Shown: positions 26,076-36,203, counted from the stretch's first letter. The stretch is 52,949 nucleotides of DNA from Polyangiaceae bacterium (GCA_046351395.1 JAXLYP010000017.1:193508-246456), one strand, 5' to 3'. Made by a program: numbers and translations. The notes: generated by a model from the sequence alone, not told the origin.

Positions 26076-27797
26076 GTGGCCGACGCGCAGACCGAACGCT
26101 GCGAGGGATGTGGCGCCGAGCTGACCGCGGGCGCCCGCTTCTGCGCGACGTGTGGGCGCCCGGTCGCCGCGCTCGCTCCAACCGAGCTGCACGCCCCGAG
26201 GTTCGACGCGACCCCCGCGATGCGCCTCGCGCCGGGGACGATGCTGGGGAGTTACCGGATCGAGGCGCTCCTCGGCGAAGGCGGGATGGGCGTCGTCTAC
26301 CGCGCGCGCGACGAGGTCATGCACCGCACGGTCGCGCTCAAATGTCTGCACACGAACCTCGCGGGGGACGCGGGGATCCGCCGGCGCTTCGGGCGAGAGG
26401 CGCGCGCGCTCGCGACGGTCGTGCACCCGAACGTCGTGCGCGTGTACGACTTCGTCGATCACGAGCACGTCCCCGCGATCGTCATGGAGCTCGTCGACGG
26501 ACCGAGCCTGTCCGCGCACGTCGCGGCGTGGCGTGAGTCCGTCCCGTTCGAGGAGATCCGCGGCCTCTTCGGGCAGATCCTCGCCGCCGTCGGCCACGGG
26601 CACGACAACGGCATCATCCACCGCGATCTCAAGCCAGACAATGTGCTGCTCGCGCGGGAGGCGCGCGGGCTCCGCCCGAAGGTCGTGGATTTCGGGCTCG
26701 CGAAGATCCTCGAGGGGACGACGTACACCGTCACGGGCGCCCTCCTCGGGACGTGCCGGTACATGGCGCCCGAGCAGGTGCAGGACCCGGAGCGCGCGGA
26801 TCTGCGCGCCGACATCTATTCGCTGGGCGTCACCCTCTATCAGCTCGTGACGGGGAGCGTGCCCTTCGATCGGGCGACCCACTTCGCGGTCATGATGGCG
26901 CACGTCAACGAAGCACCGCGCCCGCCATCCTCGATCCGCGCGGACGTCCCTGCGCTCCTCGAGCGCCTCGTCCTCGACGCGCTCGCGAAGGATCCGAGCG
27001 CGCGCCCTCCCTCGTGCGCCGTGTTCCGCGAGCGGCTCGACGAGGCGCTCGCGGCGTACGAGCCGGAGGACGCACCGCCGGGCTCGCTCCCGCGCGTCGT
27101 GCGAGGGGCGGAGACGGCAGATCTCGTGCTCGTGCCCGAGGGTCCGTTTCTCTTTGGCCCGCACCGGCGCCGCGTCGATTTGGACGCGTTCTACATCGAT
27201 CGGACGCCGGTCACGAACGGCGAGTTCGCCGCGTTCGTGAGGGCCACGCGATATGCGCCGTCGGACGAGGGGAGCGGACGGTTCCTGCATCACTTCCGGG
27301 GTGGGAAGGCGCCCGTCGGCGCGGAGCATCACCCGGTGACGCACGTCTCGTGGACCGACGCGCGGGCGTACGCGACGTGGGCGGGCAAGCGACTCCCGAC
27401 GGAGGCGGAGTGGGAGAAGGCCGCGCGAGGGACGGACGGACGGAGGTACCCATGGGGCCGCGCGGAGCCCACCGCGGATCGCGCGAACTACGGGAAGCTG
27501 AACGGTGGAACGACGCCCGTCACCGCGCACGCCGCGGGAGCGTCACCGTACGGTGTGTTGGATCTTGCGGGCAATGTCTGGGAGTGGTGCGAGGACGTCG
27601 ACGATCCCGCGTTTTACCTCGACGGTCCTACGCGGAACCCGAAGAACGCGCCGCGCGCGGGCGAGCGCGCGCGGCACGTGGTGCGCGGCGGCTCCTGGCT
27701 CTACGGCCCGCGCGCCCTGCGCACGGTGTACCGCGCGAGCTTCGAAGCGCACTATCGCGTCGCGAGCGGCGGATTCCGCTGCGCGCGCTCCGCCTGA
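26076..27797 (+). CDS. Ser/Thr protein kinase with N-terminal zinc ribbon and C-terminal FGE-sulfatase (SUMF1/formylglycine-generating-enzyme-like) domain
   Basis: SD ggaggg lies 5 nt upstream of GTG 26076. CEGCGAEL...CATCG. Kinase motifs GSYRIEALLGEGGMGVVYRA, VALK, HRDLKPDNVLL, DFG, APE. FGE-like domain RTPVTNGEFAAFV...HPVTHVSWTDARAYATWAGKRLPTEAEWEKAARG...GNVWEWC...RGGSW. Confidence 0.9.
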   Translation: MADAQTERCEGCGAELTAGARFCATCGRPVAALAPTELHAPRFDATPAMRLAPGTMLGSYRIEALLGEGGMGVVYRARDEVMHRTVALKCLHTNLAGDAGIRRRFGREARALATVVHPNVVRVYDFVDHEHVPAIVMELVDGPSLSAHVAAWRESVPFEEIRGLFGQILAAVGHGHDNGIIHRDLKPDNVLLAREARGLRPKVVDFGLAKILEGTTYTVTGALLGTCRYMAPEQVQDPERADLRADIYSLGVTLYQLVTGSVPFDRATHFAVMMAHVNEAPRPPSSIRADVPALLERLVLDALAKDPSARPPSCAVFRERLDEALAAYEPEDAPPGSLPRVVRGAETADLVLVPEGPFLFGPHRRRVDLDAFYIDRTPVTNGEFAAFVRATRYAPSDEGSGRFLHHFRGGKAPVGAEHHPVTHVSWTDARAYATWAGKRLPTEAEWEKAARGTDGRRYPWGRAEPTADRANYGKLNGGTTPVTAHAAGASPYGVLDLAGNVWEWCEDVDDPAFYLDGPTRNPKNAPRAGERARHVVRGGSWLYGPRALRTVYRASFEAHYRVASGGFRCARSA

Positions 27798-27863
27798 GGC
27801 CGGGGCGCCGAGCGCGCTTTTTCAGAGGCTCACCGCCCGCGGGGACCGTACACTCGGCCTCGC

Positions 27864-28361
27864 ATGCTCGATCGACCCCAGATCCTCGCCGAGCTCGCGC
27901 GCACCCGGACCCAACCGGTGGACGTGGAGGAGCTCCGCTCGCTCGGGTTTCCTCCGCACTATCTCGCGCTCGTCGCGGAGGTCGGGGTGCAGGAGATCGC
28001 GCCCGACTTCCTGATGCCGACGTCGATGCACGTCGCCGTCGAGAACCTCCGGAACGCGAAGCGACTCGGCTCGTACCTCGTCTTCGGGGTCTCCGCGTCG
28101 GGGGACATGTGGCTGCTCGACAAAGATCCGTCGAGGGATCGCGTCGCGTTCCTCCCGCAAGAAGAGGAGAGCGGGCCGCGGGTCGAGCTCGGCATCGGCC
28201 TCGACCAGTGGTTCGAGCTCGCGCTGTTCATGCGCACGCACGAGGCCGCGAAGGCGCGCGCGAAGAGCGAGAGCGAGAAGCGCGCGCTGAAGGCGCGCGC
28301 CAAGAAGTTCATCGAGACGATGTCGCGGACGCTCGCGGAGGCGTACCCGTACCTCCTCTGA
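27864..28361 (+). CDS. SUKH (Smi1/Knr4)-family immunity-like protein
   Basis: LRSLGFPPHYLALVAEVGVQE...SYLVFGVSASGDMWLLDKDP...LDQWFELALFM matches the SUKH core pattern. Confidence 0.65.
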   Translation: MLDRPQILAELARTRTQPVDVEELRSLGFPPHYLALVAEVGVQEIAPDFLMPTSMHVAVENLRNAKRLGSYLVFGVSASGDMWLLDKDPSRDRVAFLPQEEESGPRVELGIGLDQWFELALFMRTHEAAKARAKSESEKRALKARAKKFIETMSRTLAEAYPYLL

Positions 28362-28363
28362 AC

Positions 28364-29629
28364 GTGGGCAACGGAACTTCGATCCCCGCTCACGCGGAGC
28401 TCGGCGACTCGCACAACTTCGGGCGCCGCGTCTCGATCTCGGGCGATCGGGTGCGGAAGCCCCGCACGCTGTTCTGGGAGTGGCTGGTCCTCGCGGCAGA
28501 CAGTCCGCTGCGCCTCGCGCTCGATCGCATGGCGCGCGAGGCGCCGGCGTCGTCCGGCCTCGACGCGAACGCGTTCTCGTTCTTGCCTTCGCTGGCGTTC
28601 TCGGGGCACGAGTCGCGCGAGGGAGGCGAGGTCGAGCGCGTCGACCTGGATCCGCTGCCCGCGCTCTCGGACGGCGAGAGGACCCGATTTGCGAGGCTCG
28701 TGGGCCGCTCGATCGCCCTCTTCGCGTGGCTCGGGGTGTCCGACCTGCACTGGGAGAACCTCGTGCTCGGCGTCCGGAGGGACGGTGGAGTGGTGTTCGG
28801 CCCGCTGGACGTCGAGATCATCCTGAGCGACCTCTCGCTCCCGACGGAGACGAAGCTGCTCCCGGACGCGGATCCGGAGTACGCGGCGCTCTGTCGGCAC
28901 GCGTGCGGTGTGCGCCGGGCCCTGCCGTGGCTCGGCAAGCCGATCCGCGCGGGGGATCTCGTCGCGATGGCCTCGGACTATCGCGCCACGCTCGCGCTCC
29001 TCGACCGACAGTCCAACGCGGTCGCGGAGGCGCTCGCGGGCCTACCGGGGCTCGCGGACGCGCCGATCCGCGTTTGTCTGCGCAGCACGGGCGACTACGT
29101 CGAGGCGCGACGCGCCGTGCGCCGAAGCGCGCTCTGGCCTCCCTTGCTGGACGCCGAAGCGGAGCAGCTCGCGCGCGGAGACATTCCCTATTTCTTCCGT
29201 CTGTACGGGCGCCCCGGGATTCACTGGTTCCCCGAGCCGGAGTTGAAAGAGCTCGGGACGCTGCCTTCGAAGGGGGACGTCCCCAAGCTCGATAGGCTGC
29301 TCTCCGTGGCCAAAGGCCTCCGCTCGAGCTCGCGAAAGAGCCTCCGCGAAGAGGGCCTGTTCGCGCTGCTGGGCGCGTTCGATCATCCGTCGATGGGAGG
29401 AAAGTACGAAGATCGCGGCCTCGAGGTCGCGTTCCAGCGGCGCTCCATCGTGCTGACGCTGAAAGGGGGAGAGGAGCTGCGTGCGCACCGCGATTTGGGG
29501 GCGTACGTCGGGAGCGTCTATTTGCCGTGCACCTGCGGGGAGGTCCGCACGGTGTTCGTCCCTCCCGTGACCACCTGCGAAGGCGGGACCGCGGCTCCGC
29601 CACCTGCGAAGGTCAAACCGGGTCGGTGA
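28364..29629 (+). CDS. Standalone LanM-N-terminal-dehydratase-like (DUF4135-type, lipid-kinase-like) domain protein
   Basis: GTG lies 2 nt after the SUKH stop. Motif ...FAWLGVSDLHWENLVLGVRRDGGVVFGPLDVEIIL... resembles the DLHxENhh...P.hhDhE catalytic motif of class II lanthipeptide-synthetase dehydratase domains. No LanC-like cyclase domain follows. Confidence 0.6.
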   Translation: MGNGTSIPAHAELGDSHNFGRRVSISGDRVRKPRTLFWEWLVLAADSPLRLALDRMAREAPASSGLDANAFSFLPSLAFSGHESREGGEVERVDLDPLPALSDGERTRFARLVGRSIALFAWLGVSDLHWENLVLGVRRDGGVVFGPLDVEIILSDLSLPTETKLLPDADPEYAALCRHACGVRRALPWLGKPIRAGDLVAMASDYRATLALLDRQSNAVAEALAGLPGLADAPIRVCLRSTGDYVEARRAVRRSALWPPLLDAEAEQLARGDIPYFFRLYGRPGIHWFPEPELKELGTLPSKGDVPKLDRLLSVAKGLRSSSRKSLREEGLFALLGAFDHPSMGGKYEDRGLEVAFQRRSIVLTLKGGEELRAHRDLGAYVGSVYLPCTCGEVRTVFVPPVTTCEGGTAAPPPAKVKPGR

Positions 29630-29636
29630 TCGCGGA

Positions 29637-30266
29637 TCAAGGGCAGCCCCCATCGATCACGAGTCCAGTCCGGCCGAGCGGCTCGGCGTCGGGCGTCCAG
29701 TCGAGCCCGTCCGCGAACGACATCACGCCCTCCACGTCCACCGCGCAGGGGGGAGCTGAAATCGCGAGCTTCCCACCGAGCGAGGTCGCGTTCGCGATCT
29801 CGCCGATGGGTGTAGGCGGACCGATCCCGGTCCACGGCGCGCAGTCGTCCGCGTCGTGGGTGACGCGCGCGAACTTGATGAGATCGAGCGGGTATTGCCC
29901 GAGATCGACGACCTCCATCGAGAGCGCGTCGAGCCCGAGCTGGAAGCAGAGATCCCGCGCGTCGTCGCGCTTGAGGATCGCGACGGCCCCGGCGTTCGTG
30001 AAGAGGTTGATGGCGCTGTAGGCGTCGCAGGGACCCGCGCACGATCCACTCCCCGTGCTGCTCGACGCGCTCGCGCTCCCGGCTCCACTTCCGGTCGCGC
30101 TCGAGCCGACGGTCGTTCCGCCCCCATCATCCTCGAGCGTGGCGACGTCGCGACACGCGCCGAGGAGCACAATCGCGATCACGAGGGTCGCCCGCGGCGC
30201 CGTGCGCTCGCGAAGGAGTGCTCCGAGGGAGGTCCCTTGGGGTGCGGTTTCGCCGCGCGCCCTCAT
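29637..30266 (-). CDS. Lipoprotein (Gly/Ser-rich linker plus Cys-containing domain), translationally coupled to the TssC-like gene
   Basis: ATG 30266..30264 overlaps the TssC stop (ATGA). ...TLVIAIVLLGAC (lipobox), GSSATGSGAGSASASSSTGSGSCAGPCDAYSAINLF... Confidence 0.6.
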   Translation of the reverse strand: MRARGETAPQGTSLGALLRERTAPRATLVIAIVLLGACRDVATLEDDGGGTTVGSSATGSGAGSASASSSTGSGSCAGPCDAYSAINLFTNAGAVAILKRDDARDLCFQLGLDALSMEVVDLGQYPLDLIKFARVTHDADDCAPWTGIGPPTPIGEIANATSLGGKLAISAPPCAVDVEGVMSFADGLDWTPDAEPLGRTGLVIDGGCP

Positions 30267-31607
30267 GGATCGAGCGTCCCTTTCAAGCTGAGCGTGAAGA
30301 ACGCGCCCATGTGCTTGAAGTGCGGGCGCAGCCTCAGATCGAAGGAGCGCCACGCCTCGCCGTCGGTCGAGTCGCGCACGATCACCTGCACCTTCCGCAG
30401 CGGCCTTCGCCCCCGGAGCGCGGGGGGCACGACCTCCCGATCGGCGACGTATTGGCCCGCCCAGTCGTTGAGCTCGCGTTCGTCGTCCACTGCCGTCGTC
30501 GCCCATGATGGCTTTTCGACACGCCGAGGGGGCGCGCCCGGGACGAGCGCCTCTGGGTCGTTGATTTGGAAGGAGCGGTGCACCACCTTCAGGTACTGAC
30601 CAATCCTCGTGGAGATGAACACGTAGGGGAGCTCGGTGCCGAGCCGGTGGTTGAACTCGGCGGCGCGCGCCTCCTCCGAGTTGCCGAAGCGCTTGGGCTT
30701 CATGAGCGACCGCGCCGAGAAGAAGCCCGCGGACGTCGCGTCGACGAAGGAGAGGGGAATGAACCCCTCCTCCGACAGATCGTACTCGGTCCGCTCGCCG
30801 AGGTTCGCGTCGAGCGGCGAGATCGCGCCCTCGGGCGCGCGCGGCAGGTCCTCGATCAGGCCGTCCGCGCGCCCGACGATGTTCGGACACCAGCGGTACT
30901 TCGCGAACGACGACGTGAGGCGCGTCGCGAACGCAACGACCGCGAGCCCCCAAGCGAGATCTTCGGCGCGAGCGGTCTCGTCGTACGTGAAGCCCCCGAG
31001 CGTCTCGGTCGCCTCACGGGCAACGGCGAAGGGAGCGCGGAGGAGGAATCGGCCCACGGTGAGCCCCAGGAGGGATGCGCTCGCCTGGTCTCGCAGTGCA
31101 GCGAACGCGCGGTGATGCGCGGCGAAGTGCGCAAGAAGATCGACCGTGCCGATCGCGCGGCGGTCCTCGATCCCGAAGAAGCCTGGTGAGGCGGCCGCGA
31201 TGAAGGGGGCGAGGGAGCACGTCCCGACCTCCGCGATGCGCTCGAGGAGCGTGATGTCCTCCGGCGTGGGGTCGAACTCGAAGTCGGCGAGGATCGCCCC
31301 GTACGGTCGGTCGGTCGCGCCTCGGGCCGTCACCGCAAAGAACGCGCTCTCGCGCGCGGGCGCGCCGGAGCGCACGAGGTCGACGCGGAGCTCGTCGAGC
31401 GTACACGGGTAGAACGCGATCTCGATGTTCTCGCGGAAGTTCGTCCGCTCGACCAGGAACGCGAGGCTCCGCCACGCCCGCTCGAGGCGCTGGAACTTCG
31501 GGTGATGGAGGATCGCGTCGAGCTGCGCGGCGATCCGACGGTCCAGCGAGTCGATGATCGCGTCCGCGCGCGTGGCGGCGAGATCGACGAGGAGCGCATC
31601 ATCGTGC
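30263..31607 (-). CDS. T6SS contractile-sheath large-subunit (TssC/VipB)-like protein, N-terminally short
   Basis: Full-length colinear similarity to VipB: AQLDAILHHPKFQRLERAWRSLAFLVERTNFRENIEIAF..., FAKYRWCPNIVG, LPYVFISTRIGQYLKVVHR, LRLRPHFKHMGAFFTLSLKGTLDP*. Only ~30 aa precede the ILHHP motif, against ~80 in V. cholerae VipB. No tssB lies upstream; the divergent DTW gene starts 68 bp away. Confidence 0.85.
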
Positions 31608-31675
31608 CGTACCATCCTGGCATTCGGACCTGCGCGACCTCGCTTGTCAAGGCACGGTGCGCCGATGAAGGCGCC

Positions 31676-32371
31676 GTGATAACGAGCGTCGTGGACGCGA
31701 CCCCGCCCGCCCCGAAACCCGACTCGACGCCTTGCGAGGTGTGCCGGCGTCCTCGCTTCGCGTGCGTGTGCGACCGCGTCGTCGCTTACCCCACCGAGCG
31801 GCGCGTGTTGATCCTGCAGCATCCGCAGGAGCAGGACGCGCTCCTCGGCACCGCGCAGCTCCTCGCGGCGAGCTTGCCGGCGGCGCGCATCGTCATCGGG
31901 TTGAGCTGGCCGAACCTCGGCGCGGCGCTCGGCGAGCCCGAGGTGGACGTGAAGAAGTGGGCGGTGTTGTTCCCCGATCGCGAAGCGGAAGGCGAGGGCG
32001 TCGCCACGCGCCGCGGAGCTCCGGTGGATCCGCGCGCGCTCTCGGGGATCGTCGTGCTCGATGGCACGTGGTCGAAGGCGAAGGCGCTCTGGTGGCGGAA
32101 CCCGTGGCTCACGAAGCTGCACCGCATGACGCTGAAGCCGAAGCAGCCCTCGATCTACGGCAGGCTGCGAGCGGAGCCGAAGCGCGAATACGTCTCCACG
32201 CTCGAGTCCGTGGGCGCCGCGCTCACGCTCTCGGGCGAACCCCCGGAGATCGAAGCGGGCCTCTCGCGCGTCTTTCGGACGCTCGTGCAGCGTGTCCGAG
32301 ACGCGGACGTCGCCCCCGAGGAGCGCAGGCTTTCGAAGAGCACGCGGCCCCCGCGACGACGGCCGGGCTGA
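31676..32371 (+). CDS. DTW-domain protein (tRNA aminocarboxypropyltransferase-like)
   Basis: Cys-rich N-terminus (CEVCRRPRFACVCDRV) and DTW motif (IVVLDGTWSKAKALWWRNPWL). GTG start at 31676 (alternative 31691). Confidence 0.7.
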   Translation: MITSVVDATPPAPKPDSTPCEVCRRPRFACVCDRVVAYPTERRVLILQHPQEQDALLGTAQLLAASLPAARIVIGLSWPNLGAALGEPEVDVKKWAVLFPDREAEGEGVATRRGAPVDPRALSGIVVLDGTWSKAKALWWRNPWLTKLHRMTLKPKQPSIYGRLRAEPKREYVSTLESVGAALTLSGEPPEIEAGLSRVFRTLVQRVRDADVAPEERRLSKSTRPPRRRPG

Positions 32372-32622
32372 CTGGACGACCCGGCGTCTGCCCGTGGATA
32401 CGTGCGACGACCACCGAGCGCACGCAATTCCGCGGAGGACCGCGGCTGAATGGCTCCGTTCTGCGGCGGGTCCTCCACCGCATTCCACGACCGCCCTCCT
32501 GGGCGAAGTGGACAAAAGGCTCCGAATGTCCTCCTCGCGTTGGCGCGCGACGAGGAACTCCGCACGTCGCGGGTGCTCCGCGCGCCGCTCCCCGGGCCAA
32601 CGCGCTGATAGCGTCTCCATCG

Positions 32623-34107
32623 ATGGACGCAGAACCGGAGTCCGACGCTCGCGCGCCGTCGTCGGCGCCGACCTCCGCACCCCTGTCGGACGCGGAGCCC
32701 GCGGTGTCCACGCCAATGTCTGTCGCCGATCCGCCGCGACCCGAGCCCGCGCGACCGACGAGGCCCAGCCGAGATCGACGCGTCGTCGCGGGGATCGTGG
32801 CCGCGCTCGTGGCGGTCGCGGTCGCCGCGTGGGTGATCGTTCGCGCGCTCGCGGGAGCGCCGCGCGTCGCGTTCGGTGTGGCCGCGCTGTCGTCCGACGA
32901 GGCGATCCTCTTCACGCGCCGCGGGGACGGCGCGGCGGCGCGCGTGAACGCCGTCGAGCTCGTCCGCGCGACTGGAGGCCTCCGGTGGACTCATGACGTG
33001 AGCCCACTCGAACCGTTCGAGGTGTCCGGGTACTCCGCAGTCGCCGCGAGTGACGATCGCGTCGTCCTCTCCGGCGCCCGCGACGGGGGGACGGTCGTCG
33101 AAGCGCTCGTTCGGACGTCGGGCGACTTCGCGTGGGCGACCGTCGTCGCGCGGGACGCGTCCACGCCGCGCGCGGGGCCGATGCTGCTCGTGGACGCGCC
33201 TCGCGTGTACGCGATCCACGCGAAGGCGGGTGGGGGAGCGGCGATCACCGCGCTCGAGCTGGACGCGGGCCACGCGCTCTGGACGCTCGACCTCGCCTCG
33301 CCGGACGCGCCGGTCGTGCTGCTCGCGGCGGAGCGTCTCCTCGTCGGGGGGAGCGACGGCGTCGCGCTCGTCGACGGCGTCACCGGTGGAGTGAAGCGCG
33401 CGGTCCCGATGAGACAGATCGCGTGCGAGACGCCGCTCGGGGTCGTCGGGTTCGACGGGGCTCATCACGTGACCCTGTTCGCCCCGCCCGGGCCGACCGG
33501 TGAATCGGGGGCGTCGGTGACCGAGCTCGATCGAAATGCGTCGCGTGGCCCGTGCGGCGTGCGCGGCGAGGATGTGGTGTTCAGCGTCGTCCGGGACGGC
33601 AGGCGCGGCCTCATGCGACTCGAGCCGACGACGGGGAGGCAGCGGTGGATCGTGGATCTCGGCTCGGTCGAGCTCGGCGCATTCGAGACGGTCGACGGGC
33701 GGCTGCCCCGCTTCCTCCCCGTCGCGCTGACGCGTCGAGCGGACGACGCGACCCACGTGGCGGTCGTCGACGTGGACGAGGGCGTCGTCGTCAGAGACCC
33801 ACCCATCGACGCGCGCGCGAGCGCGTTCGTGAGCGCTGAGCGCGCGTGGATTCGCGCCGGTTCGGTGATCGTCGCCCTCGACCCTGCGACGGGGAACATC
33901 GAGCGCGCAACCTCCTATCCCTCGCTCTTTCGGGAGGGCGTCGTCCGTCGCGACGACGCGCGGTTCGGTGTCCTCTTCGCCGTCGGGGACGACAGTCGCC
34001 GTCCCCCCGACCTACCGTGGATCGCGATCGATCTCGCGACCGCGCTCACGCGCCGCACGAACGGTGGGGTCGCGTCGACCGACGTGACGGCTCGCGGCTG
34101 GCCCTGA
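32623..34107 (+). CDS. Membrane-anchored protein with a Pro/Ala/Ser-rich N-terminus and PQQ/BamB-like beta-propeller repeats
   Basis: TM segment VVAGIVAALVAVAVAAWVIV. Repeated units DDRVVLSGARDGGTVVEAL, HALWTLDL, ERLLVGGSDGVALVDGVTG, GRQRWIVDLG. Confidence 0.6.
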   Translation: MDAEPESDARAPSSAPTSAPLSDAEPAVSTPMSVADPPRPEPARPTRPSRDRRVVAGIVAALVAVAVAAWVIVRALAGAPRVAFGVAALSSDEAILFTRRGDGAAARVNAVELVRATGGLRWTHDVSPLEPFEVSGYSAVAASDDRVVLSGARDGGTVVEALVRTSGDFAWATVVARDASTPRAGPMLLVDAPRVYAIHAKAGGGAAITALELDAGHALWTLDLASPDAPVVLLAAERLLVGGSDGVALVDGVTGGVKRAVPMRQIACETPLGVVGFDGAHHVTLFAPPGPTGESGASVTELDRNASRGPCGVRGEDVVFSVVRDGRRGLMRLEPTTGRQRWIVDLGSVELGAFETVDGRLPRFLPVALTRRADDATHVAVVDVDEGVVVRDPPIDARASAFVSAERAWIRAGSVIVALDPATGNIERATSYPSLFREGVVRRDDARFGVLFAVGDDSRRPPDLPWIAIDLATALTRRTNGGVASTDVTARGWP

Positions 34108-34276
34108 GGGGCCATCTGGACTTCGAGCGCGCGCGGAGTCCGCTGACGGGCGCTCGATCGTCGTCGATGGATCGGCTGGGACGCCGCCTCGGTCGTCCTC
34201 CGCGCGCACGGATCCGCTGGCATCTCGTCCGCTCATCGACTGGCGGAGACACGCGTGCGGGCGTAAAAGCAGCGCC

Positions 34277-35062
34277 GTGCCCACGAGACGCGTTGCCCTG
34301 TGGTGTTCGGTTGCGTGCATGTTCGTCGCGGGTTGCGCGAGCTCGAAAGGGGTCGAGCGCGAATCCGCCGGCGACCGCTCCCCCGCGACGAGCCCTGCAC
34401 CGCGGATCTCGCGCGGGCCGATCGTCGTCAACGGCTACCCCACGAATGTCGGAAGTGGGTTCGCCGCCGTCGCGACGTACGCGGGATTCACCCGCGACGG
34501 GCGGGAGCTCGGCCTCTGCTGGAGTGACGGCGCCTCCGACGAGATGCATTGTCGCTTCGAGGACCGCGCGGGGGGCGCACGCGGGTTCGACGCGCCCTTG
34601 GCGACGCAGTTCACAATCGCGAGCGGCGAGGTCGCGACCTGGCTCGCGGCGCAGGGCATCCGGCCGTTCGAGCGAATGAAGGGACCGGACGCCGCCGCGT
34701 GGGACTCGCTGCCGCCGCCGCTCGTCGGAGAGTGGAAGCACCCCGAGATCACCCTCGAAGTGCGGGAAACTCCGCCCGTCGTCGCGCCCGGGGGTGTCGC
34801 CACGACGCCGCCTCGCCTCGAGCTCGGTGGCAGCATGCCTGGCCGCGCGCCCTTCTTTCCCTACGTGTTCGAGCCCGCGGACGATCCGCTCGACGCGCAC
34901 TACATGCAGGCGGTCTTGCTCGCGCTCTCCCCCGATGGGACCGAGCTCGGCCTCATCACACAATCCCCTCGGGGGGAGTACGACACGAGCTTCGTCATCC
35001 GCCGGATCCCACTCGACGACCTCGGGGCTCGCATCAAATTCCGCCGGCCGTGCTGCCGCTGA
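34277..35062 (+). CDS. Lipoprotein, function unknown
   Basis: GTG start; MPTRRVALWCSVACMFVAGC (lipobox). Confidence 0.55.
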   Translation: MPTRRVALWCSVACMFVAGCASSKGVERESAGDRSPATSPAPRISRGPIVVNGYPTNVGSGFAAVATYAGFTRDGRELGLCWSDGASDEMHCRFEDRAGGARGFDAPLATQFTIASGEVATWLAAQGIRPFERMKGPDAAAWDSLPPPLVGEWKHPEITLEVRETPPVVAPGGVATTPPRLELGGSMPGRAPFFPYVFEPADDPLDAHYMQAVLLALSPDGTELGLITQSPRGEYDTSFVIRRIPLDDLGARIKFRRPCCR

Positions 35063-35103
35063 CACGGGGGCGTCCGATGGACGTTCCCTTCACGCCAAGC
35101 CCA

Positions 35104-35850
35104 TCAGAACGAGCCGTGCACGAGGATCCCGGTCGGACCCACCGACACTTCCGCGGTGACACCCGACGTCGCGGCGCGCGCGCCGCGCGTCTCGTCGGGG
35201 ACCTGCTTCGCCCCCACGGCGAGGAGGGGAATGCCGACACCGATCATGGCGATGCCACCGATGAGGAAGCCCGTCGCCACCCCCGATTGCACCTCTGCGT
35301 CCGCGTACCGGGCGTTGCACGCCGCGTCGACAGGGTCGATGCTGCAGGAGTTGGCGAGGGTGTCGTTGGCGAGCGAGAGTCCGATCGCGCTGGCGGTGAG
35401 GGTGACCGCGCCCGTGCCCAAGAGGACGCCGCCCGCGATCATCATCTCGGGGCTGTTCGTTCGCGTAGGACCGACGTATTTCGGAACAGGCGGTCCAACG
35501 GGGACCTGCACCGCTCCCGCGATGGTGAGCGGCAGCCCGACGAGGACGAGCGGACCACCGACGATGGTGCCGAGTGAACCCCAGAGGATGCCGCCCCAAC
35601 CGCCCTCGGCGAACGACACGCCGGCCGTGACGATCCCGACGGTGCCGAGCCCGAGCAGCACGCTGCCGCTGACCACCATCCCGGGGCTGTTCATCCGCGT
35701 CTCCGACTGCGGCGCGGGCGCGGGCGTGCCGGCGGGGGGAAGCGAGGTGATCGTCTCCTCCGCGCGCGTCGTGGACGGGATGGCGAGCGCGAGCGACGTT
35801 GCACAAGCAGCTGCCGCGAGAGGTCCGATGCCGGGCCCTGGTCTCTTCAT
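35104..35850 (-). CDS. Secreted/membrane Gly-zipper protein with an internal duplication
   Basis: Signal peptide. Duplicated units NSPGMVVSGSVLLGLGTVGIVTAGVSFAEG and NSPEMMIAGGVLLGTGAVTLTASAIGLSLAND. Ends ...VHGSF*. Confidence 0.55.
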   Translation of the reverse strand: MKRPGPGIGPLAAAACATSLALAIPSTTRAEETITSLPPAGTPAPAPQSETRMNSPGMVVSGSVLLGLGTVGIVTAGVSFAEGGWGGILWGSLGTIVGGPLVLVGLPLTIAGAVQVPVGPPVPKYVGPTRTNSPEMMIAGGVLLGTGAVTLTASAIGLSLANDTLANSCSIDPVDAACNARYADAEVQSGVATGFLIGGIAMIGVGIPLLAVGAKQVPDETRGARAATSGVTAEVSVGPTGILVHGSF

Positions 35851-36203
35851 GCGGCGAATCAGAACAGGAGCGGCGCCAACGCGAAAGGTGAATGGCGGCG
35901 GGAGCCCGTGGGAGCGAGCTGCCGCCCGAGATCGTTCAGGAAACCGCGCGTCGGTTCAGGGCGGCCGCGCCCAGCGCGATCCTTCAGGGCGTAGCTCGTC
36001 CGCCGCGAAGGTCTCCACAGGGTCGTCGCTCGAGGGCGTCACTCCACGGAGCAGACTCAGGCCACCGGTGTAGTCCAAGGACCACGCGCGCCATTGTCTG
36101 CATACCCAGTGTCGATCGCGTCATCACGCCCGGGTGTCCGCGCGGGACTCGCGGTGGCGAGCGCGTCGTCCGACTGGAGTATCACCGAGCGGGCCGGCTC
36201 TCT

